64,000 bases of DNA, taken from assembly GCA_035084275.1 (NCBI GenBank), contig CM068751.1, forward strand, positions 19,468,001 to 19,532,000. Reading direction: 5' to 3'. This document shows, one piece after another, positions 40,901 through 52,300 of this stretch. The notes below the pieces were generated by a model. The model did not search any database, had not been told where the DNA came from, and worked only from the letters and a program-made list of their open reading frames with translations. Position 1 is the first letter of the stretch. Each line of letters begins with the position of its first letter. The translations under genes and the position numbers were made by a program. Source of the DNA: Hydrolagus colliei. Its lineage: Eukaryota.

Positions 40901-43900
40901 ACACCTGAACTTCAGGCTCAGTCCAGACTGACGGCCCAATGCAGTGCTCAGATGAGATGCTAAACCGAGTTCCCCAGTAGACATTAAAGATCCATGGGCA
41001 CTAATCATTACTCCAAATAAAATCGGTCATTCAATTCATTGCTGTTAGTGGCACATCGCCGTGTGCAAATCGGATTCTTCTACCGATACACTGTCGTTAG
41101 ACTTTTACAGTAAACTCTCCGCTGTATTAAATTCACGGCTTACCGTTATTTTGATTACGGGGTTTCACAGCCCAAATTGCGAGTCCCAACTTTCTCCCGA
41201 GTTATTACGGCCGTTACCACAACACGGCTCACACTGGCTGAACGTTAATCACAGTCGATTTAGCGTGAAATATGACACGTAACACATTCATTGTTCCCGG
41301 ATATAGTTTGCTGGCTTTATGCCCCCGGCCCCAGCTCCCACCTAACGTCAACCTCAATGGCAAAGTCAGTGAAACTGGGCCCACAACTGGACTTCCCCAT
41401 CTGGGCTTTCAGTTGTTAGTTAATGAGATGCTGTTGCTCGAGTGACTTCGCTGATCCTCCTCACACTGCGAGCCGAGGTAGAATAAACTAAAGTCAAATT
41501 ACTTTTTTTTTTTTGGTGGAATAGGTTGCCAGGGGCCGTCGGGAGACGCTGGCCGTTCTGGCGCTGACGGGAGCCCAGGGGTACCTGGAGCCAAGGGAAT
41601 GATGGGTTCCCTCAGAGTGCCAGGCTATCCAGGTTCGTGTCATCACTTTGTAGGTTATGGAGAAGCACTTTGTTGATCTTCTACCGGCTAGATGTGGAAA
41701 GGCAGAGGCAAAGGGAGACTGGCGGGTGGGTGTGGGGGAGGAGACAGTACGACAAGGGAGGTTTGTCAGCGGTGGATGTAGAGTAAATAATCGTTGTCCT
41801 CACCTTCAGGCAATCAAGGACTTCCAGGAGATCCAGGAACACCAGGAGCCCCAGGATTGCCTGGGCCTCTGGGAAGAAAAGGCGCTGAAGGACGTCCAGG
41901 CTCAGCAGGTGCCAACGGTAAATAATAATAATAATAATAATCCTAGCATTTGATATAGCGCTTTTCACATCTTATTTACGTCTCAAAGTGTTTTTTTTTT
42001 TGGACGGATTATTATTAGGTGCGCGTTTGTGCGTGGAGTAAGGAACCTTGCCCAAGATTTTGACCTGATCTGCCTGGATTCGAACACAGGTTCTCGCGCT
42101 TGTAAAGCGAGTGCTCTAATCACTGAGCTACAGGAGCTCCGTGGGGAGTCTCTATGGGGATACGGCTAATGACTTGATACCTCAGCGTTTCAATGATTTA
42201 AGAAACTACTGGTGGCAAATCACGCTTTTATTAAATCAGCAATAAAGAAAAGCTTTGAGACGCAGTGTTTCAAGAAATTTGCGACCCAATTGAATAACAC
42301 ACTCACCGTTTCATTGTAGGTCAACCCGGGCCACCTGGTTTAAATGGTTTGGATGGTTTAACAGGAGAAAAAGGAATGCGCGGAGAACAAGGTAAAGGTT
42401 ATACTGTATAGTTACTGTTGCCGATAATAAAACAGTAATTAAACCTACCAAACGTTCTCTTTAGACCTGTATCAGTCACGAGCACTGGATACCAAGATCA
42501 CTGGCACCAAATTATTGTCTACGATTTAAATTATGAAACCATAGACAAATTATTGTCTATGGTTTCATAATTGTATAGTCTTCTATTGGAACCGTACAAC
42601 TACAATAGGAATTACTCTTGCATTTGAAAACAGCGCCTTTCACATCAGGAGGGTTTTAACCCTTCTGATTCAGACATGGGAATGGTACCTAATGAGCCAG
42701 GCTGACAACAACAAAATTCCACTTGTATAGCGCCTCTCACGTCAGGAGGACTTCCCAAGTCATGGACAGTTACTGTGTCAGACCCGGGATGGGGTGATGG
42801 GTGGGGGAGGAGGGATTAGGAGGGATTAGGAGGTTCCGATTGGACCATCGAAGAGGAGGGTTTTGAGGTGGGACTTGAAGGAAGCCAGGGAGTGGGTGAG
42901 GCGGAGGGAATGTGGGATGGAGTTCCAGAGGTCGGGGGCAGAATCATACGACACAAAGTGCATAACTGTGCCCTGTGGTTTCTTTTACGATCAACTTGAC
43001 ACGATGTTAGTTACATACCCTCTGCTCTATCGCTCACTTTATTAAGTCAGCTTTCACTGTTGTGATTGTGTAAAGGTCCCAGCAAAACTGGACCTCCAGG
43101 TAATCCAGGATCGCCTGGATCTCAAGGAGAACGTGGGCCTCCAGGAACTCCAGGGAGGACTATTCCTGGGTACACGGGGAGAACAGGCCAACGAGGACCA
43201 TCAGGTAGGGAAGTGTATTAGCAAATAACATCAGTTCCGACTGCTTTGATTTCAGTACTGCGGAGAACAGTACAATTTTGACACAATAATAATCTGTAGT
43301 GGATAAATTAAGCGTTTTTTTTTTAACCAATGAATGTGCAACAAATATTGGTAATTCTCGATGGGATTGTTTGCTGCTGATCTCATCTCATTACAAACAC
43401 AAGTTGGAAGAACGTCACCATGGTTATATACCATTAATACCGTCGCTCTTCCCATAAAGTGATGAATTTTCTACTTGTGCCAGTTGCATTCAGTGACAGT
43501 CACACTTCAATACTGCGCCGATCTTGGTGTTATTCTATCGAGAAGCTGTCCAATTTGTGAATATTATACAATGTTGGTGTATCACAGGCTACTGGAGACT
43601 GTCAAACTGATTACTGGATACGTAGACACATACTATTTCTAAGCTCTCTATGGGACATGTGATGACATCTCATGGGTCTTTGAAAATTGCATATGTGGTT
43701 CAGTGTTGCAGTGCTTTGGATATAATAATAATAATCCTTGCATTTGATGCATACCACTTTTCACGTCTTTTAGACGGCTCAGGATAGAACTCAATAGTCC
43801 TGGAGTCCTGTAGCTCAGTGGTTAGAGCGCTCGCCTTACAAGCGTGAGACCTGTGTTCGAATCCAGCCAGGTCAGGGCGAAACCTTGGGCAAGTTTCCTT

Positions 43901-46336
43901 ACTCCACACGCCTAGTAATAATCCGTAAAAAAAAAACATAATAATAAAAATTGGTCATTTTAATCAACAACTGTTTGTGGGGGGACGCCGCTGTGCGCAA
44001 TTGGCTGCCGCGTTTCGCCCACAAATATATACAGTCAATTCACTTTACAGTGTATTCTGTGAAGCGCTTTGAGGCACAGTCTAGAAGACATGAAAAGCGC
44101 CATATCAAATGCAAGGATTATTACTATTATATGAAGAGATCTAAGATTAATGTTGCCATTGTTCCAAGTTGCTTTGCCAGCTTTGTGTGCTTCTTACTTT
44201 TCTTCGTTTCGCGCTTGAAAGAGAATGTGTTGAAATGCTTTAATTGTTCACCTTTTCTGGTTTGCACTGTTCCACCTGTCTCTGCTCCATCACGCGAATC
44301 TTCACGATCCCCTTGCTGTTTCTTTGTGGGCTTTTTAAACCAGGCAATCCAGGTGAGCATTTACCATGATATCATTCCGTTCAAGATATTAACTGATGAT
44401 CAGTTTCTGTCTCAAATGAGTGCTTTTATCTTTGTGTTTTATCATGTGAATGTGTCATTCCCCCTTGACTTTATGAGTTACTCCAGGCAGTAAAATGGAG
44501 TGGTGGCGGGAGGTGGAAATCAATATGAAGTGGCTATAATTGTGACTCATAACTTACGGAACTGGGTGCATATTGTATGAGTATGTGATTCTACAAGACT
44601 CCACAAGAACAATATTCCTTGTATTTGGTGTAGTGCCTTTTCACATTGAAAGGTGTCTGTCTCGTAGCCCTCACAGGAGGTCTCACAATTCTAATGAAAA
44701 TTCCAACCAATCTTCCCAGTGTTTACAGTAAAAGGGGCAATGTTTTTACTGTGCCCTCGGTCCCCAATTCTGGACAAAAGAAAATGTCAAACTACATTAC
44801 AGCGTTTTGAGACATATCAACGACATGATAAGGCACCCTATCAAATGCAAGGATTAGTATTATTATTATTAAAATAACCTTGGATAAGTTTACCTCGGGA
44901 GACTACGCTTGTTGTCAACATCATTGGTAGCAGAGATATTCCATCCATCAACTATGTTATCCACATAGGGGGTGATGACAGGAGTCATACACGACCAACA
45001 AGAAGACGGTATTGTATGCTTTAAATAACAACAACACATCTCCCTCTAAAATAAATTCAACATTTGAGGTCGCTATTATGGATAAATACTTTAAAGCAAA
45101 TGATATGAGAATTAATCACAGTATTCTAGAAAATAATAGACCCAAATAATATGATGGCAATTACTACTGAAATATTTTGGGGATAAAAATGGATTTTTAA
45201 AATAGTATACACAGAAGTGCACCTTGATAACACAGACCGATGTTTAAATATGACCAATAATAATTGTCCTTGATCTACAGGAATGCCGGGGACACCAGGA
45301 ACGCCGGGACCGGAAGGCCCTCCGTGTGATATAGTATCTATTGGATCTCGAGGAGATAATGGACCTGCAGGACTTGATGGCCAACCAGGTATAGACATTG
45401 CTAGAGTAATGTGGAGTCCTGTAGCTCAGTGGTTAGAGCACTCACCTTACAAGCGAGAGACCTGGGTTCAATTCCAGGCAGGTCAGGTCGAAACTTTAGG
45501 CAAATTCCCTTACGCCACACGCCTAATTGGTCATTTCAATCCAAAGACTGTTTGTAGGACAATTACTGTGCGCAATTGGATGCCGCGTTTCGCCAACGCA
45601 GTCAATTCACTTTGCAGTATATTCTGTAAAGCACTTTGAGACATCTAGGAGTGAAAATTATAATATAATAATATAATAATCCTTGCATTTGATATAGCGC
45701 TTTTCACATCTTATCGACTGTGTCTCAAAGCGCTTCACAGAATATACTGTAAAGTGAATTGACTGTATATCTGTGGGCGAAACCCAGAAAAGCATTTTAT
45801 CAAATGCAAGGATTATTATTATTATAATTATTACTGCCAACTTAATAACCATCCAAATAATTGACAGTTGCGTGCATTTCACCCCATGAATTATGACTTC
45901 GGTCTCAGAATCTGCCCCATTGACCAATTTACCATTCATCGATTTAGCAGTCGACCGCAAATTTTATATTGATTGATTTTGTTGTGTTGTAGGTCCTCCC
46001 GGTTTACCAGGAGATCCGGGTTCCTCCTTACAGCCGATGAAAGGAGATCCTGGTGATCCAGGCCTGCAGGGTTTCTTTGGTCCCAAAGGGCTCGCAGGAC
46101 ATCCAGGCACTGATGGCTTCGATGGTTTTCCAGGGTTACGTGGTCAAAAAGGTAAATGTTCCGAGTACAATGTCAGTCCCGCTCCACGTTTCTTTTCGTC
46201 CTTTCTTTGTGGTCGGCCAAGTACTGTGTAGAGTCCTGGAGCTCAGTGGTTAGAGCACTCGCAAGCACTGACAAGCGCGAGACCTGTGTTCAAATCCAGG
46301 CAGGTCAGGGCGAAACCTCGGGCAAGTTTCCTTACT

Positions 46337-46376
<40 letters not shown>

Positions 46377-49300
46377 CTAATAATAATAATTTCTAAAAAA
46401 AAAAAAAAACCCTGTATATGTGTGGGCGAAATGCAGCGGCCAGTTGCGCACGGCAGCGTCCCCACAAACAGTCGTGGATTGAAATGATGAATTTTATTAT
46501 TATGGGTTTTTTTGGGGGGGACAGATTATTATTAGGCGCATGTGTGTGTGTGCGTGTGTGTGTGTGTGTGGAGTAAGGAAACTTGCCCTGCCCTGCCTGG
46601 ATTCGAAACACAGAGTCTCACGCTTGTAAGTGCTGGCGAGTGCTCTAACCCCTGAGCTACAGGTGACTCCTTTTGTTGAATGTCCAAAATGGTATCAGTG
46701 TTTTATGATTCAGACGACAGTTACCCTCTCTTATGTTCTTGTTTGGCACGAAGGTGAGATAGGATACAATGGGTCATTCGGGTTCCCTGGCCTGGACGGA
46801 TTTCGCGGAGATCCCGGTGATGCGGGTGAACGTGGTGACTGTGGATCACCGGGAACTCCAGGTCGGTTATTTTTGCTCCCGTCTACTGGCTCATCGAACC
46901 GCGGACTAGTGGCAACTCCACACAAGAATAACGCGAGTGTTCGAAAAGGCTTTTCCGATGTTACACACAGCAGCTAAAACACCGTGTGTTGCTGAGGCTG
47001 CCTGAAAATATTTCCGGCAAAAAAACAGTGATGTAAATACACAGAAGGCTATTCTAATATGGTCTTGCCTACATTCTCACCCTTGAATTTTTACTCGAGG
47101 AATGTCTGTCTGGCAATCTGTACCATATGTATGCATGTATGTATATATATACACCAACCTTTATTTAATCTACCTATACAGGATAATACTGTACTGTGAA
47201 ACAATTCCGAGCCACATCTCAGGAAGAGATGAAGGTGAAGACTTTGCTACAACAACAACAGCAACAACTACTTGCATTGGTTTAGCGCCCTCACTCCACG
47301 CCAGACAGCGCCTCAGAGCGCTTCACAATAGCGGAGGCCGAGCCAGAGGGAGGGAGGGGGAAGGTGACCCTAGGCGTGGTCGAACAGAAAGGTCTTCAGG
47401 AGTGACCTGAAGATGGAAAAGGAGGGGGTAGAGGCCAAGGCAATGAGGGAGGGAGTTCCAGAGTCTCGGGGCGTAGTGGCTGAAAGCACGGCCGCCGATG
47501 GTGGAGCGGAGGATTCGGGGGGAATGAGGAGGAGGTCAGACCCAGTAGAACGGAGGCAGCGGATACTGCTGTGTGGAGAGAGGAGAGGTTAGAAAAGTGG
47601 GGGTGGGTGTGCAGAGGAGAGGAAGGACTTAAATACAAGTGGAGGGATTTGCTCTAACGGTTTATGTAGCCATCTCAATAGCTTGTATTATGTTAAATTA
47701 GTTTAATTGTGTTTATTTTCAAGTTTTGCGTGAGATTTTCACTTCAAGGCTGTACAGTATTGAGACATTTCTCCCCGGCTACTGTTTGTTTTTACTGTTA
47801 TAACCTGTATCTTCGCAGTATTCCTTGTGGCTTTCAAATAATAATGTTTTTTAAATGGTCTCCTAAATGTGCTGTTTGTTTACGAACTGGTATATTTATC
47901 ATTTTAATGCGCCGTTTTAATTTGTTTCCGAACGCACAGTGCAGCTTAATCAGTATGCATCCATTTGACTGAGATGCAGAGTAGACCAATATCTATCTTG
48001 GCACGTGACATATATTGATAATCAGTCACGCTCCCCTTTTAATTCCCAAACCCTTGATATTCCCTATTTGCATGTGGTTAAGACCTTATCTGTGTGATTG
48101 ATGTATCGCCCCCTGACAGATGCAACTCTCCGTGATTGATGTATCGGCTTGCGTCTGATTTATCACTCCGTTATTACGTTAATTTGCTTTAATCGTTTAC
48201 TTGTTTTCACTTCCATGTCTGCGACTCTCTGAATTACAATTTCCCAATCGGGCGGTACGTACTTGCCCCTCCGGAAACCCAGGGACCCCAGGTGAGAGAC
48301 CCAGCGAGCTGTGAGAGGCAGGGGTTGACTGGCGTTTGTTGTTTGGCGTCAGCTCTGCGGTTTCATTTCCCTTCGTAACTCTTCGTGTCTCTTCGTAACG
48401 TGTTATCGTAGTAATAATAACGAGTAAGGTTTGCAAACTGCGGTTCTCGCTTTGATTCAAAACCGCGTCATTCAAAAGTAACTTGATGATGTAAATGGTA
48501 GGACTGGAGGTTTGGTATTCTGCAAAGATGAGGTCAAATGAGCCAAAGTGTTTTGTTAAAAAAACAAAAATCTGAACGTCTTTTGTGATCTTTGTGATTG
48601 TTTGTCGTTGAGTTACAGGTCCACCTGGTTCAATTATTTCTGGTCTCTGTCTGGATATGGAGGACTATAAAGGAGATAACGGGCCTTCGGGATTTCCAGG
48701 TCTCCCGGGATCAAGCGGAGCTATGGGATTACCTGGACTACGCGGCTCTACAGGTAACGGCTGTAAGGGCCCGAATGGTGGGTGAGCGGTGGCCGAGCAA
48801 CGAGTTGCTAGTTTATCCTAATTGGATGCCACGTGATAGGAAATCATACGGCAATGCAATGCCGGGCGGGCAATACGCACAGAACACAAATCCTCAAGAG
48901 GCGGAAATAAACAATCTGGGTGATTACGTTTCCTCTCCTCAGAAATGTACAGAGAGGCGGGGGGTGGTGGGGGGTGGGGGTGGGTGGGGGGGAGGGGGGG
49001 GGGAAGGGGGCTGGTATTCGGTTGCGGTTAATGCCCCACAATGTTGGGAAGCGGATCAAGAAAGAAAAGTGTTTTTCCGTTCCCGAATGTTGTTCATTTC
49101 GATGATAAAATTTACTAAAATCTAATCGCTATAAACCACTGAAAATAACTGGGATGACTGAGCACTATTTTAATCACAGGTATCCTTGCCTTAGCTACTC
49201 TGTGTACCTGAGGGACATATTCAGGTGTGGTGATGGGAGACATGCGTAATTGTTAACTATGTTTCATCATGTCTCGGATGGACATCCAGAGTAATTGTGC

Positions 49301-52300
49301 GCAAATGTTTCTGTAGGACCCAAAGGCACCATTGGGAAACCCGGCAAACCAGGATCTGGTTCTCTCGGCTTTCCTGGGGTATCAGGAGATCCAGGCCGGC
49401 CTGGGAGTCGAGGAATGGTTGGGGATCTGGGTAAGAGAAGATCCTGTTGGTAACAGGAACCTTTTGTCAACGTGAGAGAAACACATTCTTAATGAAAACA
49501 TCATCTGTTCCTTTACGCTTGGAGTTTGAATGTGTTCATCTTGATTTTGCCGTTTTCTGGAATGACTTCTGGGTATCTTAACGGTTTAGAATAAACCCTA
49601 ACGGTCCAGTGCATTCATCCTCACAACGTGAAATGTACTATATAAATATAAATTTTGTTGTTGCCTTCAAATTACTATTGAGCGAGACAGGCTGATGACC
49701 TGGACATCGGCTATTTCTTTGGCGCCAGGAAAGCCCGACGGAGGTTATGAAGCGAGTCAGTCCAGAGGGGCAAATTGAATTTCTTGCCCAGTAAATGTCA
49801 AGGTTCATATCCCAAATGAATCCGCTTTATAACAGGGTTTGACTGTATTAAGTGGATTTGTGAAGCTTTGTCCATTTTGGACGATTTTGGTATTTCAGCC
49901 GTCAACGTCTTATTTGCTAAAGCTGTAATGAACAGTAAATGCAATCGATTTATTCTACACTTCAGGTCCCTGTGGGCTTCAAGGGCGTCCAGGAGAGATA
50001 AGACCTTGTGGGTCTGCTGGTGGCTTCCTACTTGTAAAACATAGTCAAACAAACAAAGTACCCTCGTGTCCTCAAAACATGCCTAGTCTTTGGCATGGGT
50101 ACAGTTTGCTTCATCTGGAGGGACAAGAAAATTCTCACAGTCAAGATCTTGGTAAGTGTAGTCAGGATATTTACCTTGCATAATTATAAAACCCGCCCAT
50201 TGAACTTTTACAATATGTTATGTTCTACTGGAACATCGGTCAGTGATTCTGCTCAATGTTCTACTAGAAGATCGGTCAGTGATTCTGCTCAATTCTACTC
50301 GATAGAGTTGGGCAAGAATGGGGCAGAGAGGGTCACAAAGCTTGGTGGTGGGGGGAGAACATTGGAGAGTTTTGGATGATCTGCAGCCGACGGAGGGGGG
50401 AGTTGGGGGAGGCCGACAATCACGGTGTGGGTTCAGTCGAGCCTGGACGTGATGAAGGCAAGAATGAGAGTTTCAGCAGCCTGAGAGGATGTGAGGCAGT
50501 GGCGGAGTCAGGCAATGTTGCGGAGGTGAGGGAACGGCAAAGCTAGATGAAAATCAAAGGCCCATAGTGGGAGGATGAATCCAATCAAAGACCAGATGCT
50601 TCAGTGAATACGTGACATGGATCAGGGATTTAAAAATAATGCAGATTTTGAAAGGACAGGTTGAGAGAGGTAAGGAGTTCAATAGTTTTGAGGTCTTGGA
50701 GGTGAAAATGAGTTAGAATACAAACTACAGAACATAAGAATATCATTCACATTATATCTACATGCTTCTGACATGCCGACCTTCCATTACATGGTTAGGA
50801 AACCTTCACCCAAATCTCGGGAGTGTGTTTGCTATACAAGTGTAATTTTGTTGTTGTCACTAAATTCGGCAGCTGAAAAAAGGAAAGCTTATCTGTCCGT
50901 GTATGCTCAGTGACCCTCTCCACATAAGTGAGCGTCTAGGACAATTCGTCACGCCGCTTCCCACAGTCTTGTCACATACTTATTGATAACCGTTCCTGCG
51001 TTCTCGCTATTCTCCCCAGGTCTGGCTGGCTCCTGTCTGCCGATGTTCAGCACAATGCCATTTGCGTATTGCACCGTTGACGACGTGTGTCAGTATGCCA
51101 ATAGAAATGACAAAACCTATTGGTTGTCCACCACTGCACCCATGCCCGAGAGGCCGCTCATTGATCAAGAGATAGAGCCTTACATCAGCAGATGCTCGGT
51201 GTGCGAATCGTCTTCTGTCTCAGTGGCTGTCCATAGCCAAGATGAGACCGTTCCCTTTTGCCCATCGGGATGGAGAAGTCTTTGGGCTGGATACTCTTTC
51301 TTCATGGTGAGCAGAAATTCATTGAGAACCTAAGGAATTCGCTTGGCGACAGTAGACCGAGGTCCATCTAGTTTAGCTTTCGCCATCCTGGCGGTCGCTT
51401 GGTTGGCATTTTGTGAGTTTATTATTTGCTAGTTTATTCGCTGGCTTTACTATGTGTAATCATCATCGTCACTAATTCATGTTGAGGTTACAGATCCATG
51501 GTGGGTGTGGGGGGAGGTGGGTGGGGAGGGGGTGTACTGGAATCCATCAATGAGCACTGCGGTAAATCTCTTTCCCACAGTGTACATTTCTGTGTCTCTG
51601 GTGTTCACTGAACACGGCGAAAACGTTTTTCCCCACGAGGGAGTCAAATTGGAGGCTGGGTTGCTTTGGTTCCCATATTGCACCTCCACAGCGGGCGAGT
51701 TCATCAGTGACTGTGACTTGTTCTCGCTCCCTCTCCCCTTACCTCCTTCAACACCTTCCTTTTCAATTAGATCTTTGGTCACCTCACCCTGCCCTCCATC
51801 CCTCCTATTCCCAACCCCCAGCTCGGGCCCAAATTTCTGACCGTGCAGCGCCATGGGCCGTCCTGCCGACATGAACGGCGCTATTACAACTGTGATTTTG
51901 CAGTGGGTGTTGCTGTAGTGTCCCTGAAAACATGTGTCCCGCCTGCTGACTTTGTTCCTGTTTGAGGAAACCTTCCAAAAATTGGGAGCTGATGGGAACA
52001 AAGAAGAGGGCAGCAAAGAGTAAAAGTTGGAGGTGTTAAGTGTTTCAATTCCCAGTCCGGACGATTGAATAACAATAATAATCCTTGCAATTGATATCGC
52101 GGCTTTTCACATCATATCAACCTCTCAAAACGCGTCACAGAATGTACTGTAAAGTGAATTCACTGACTGTAAATATGTGGCCGAAACGCGGCAGCCAATT
52201 GCGCTCAGCAGCGTCGTCGTCGTCCCCCCACGCACAGCCGTGGGTTGAAAATTACCAATTTTTATTATTGTGGGTTTTTTGGTGGGGACGGATGGATTAT

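Noticed and set aside
43951-44493. Recurrent ORF peptides such as [31 protein letters not shown] and the longer 140-180 aa ORFs
   Set aside because: Translations of SINE copies or chance intronic frames; frames and stops are not conserved between copies
44724-44751. Short inverted repeat ACAGTAAAA...TTTTACTGT resembling the MITE termini
   Set aside because: Only 9 bp and no clean TA duplication; could be chance
46800-46845. Several RGD motifs and an NGS sequon in the helix
   Set aside because: RGD arises often in Gly-X-Y sequence and is usually cryptic in triple helices; no evidence of function
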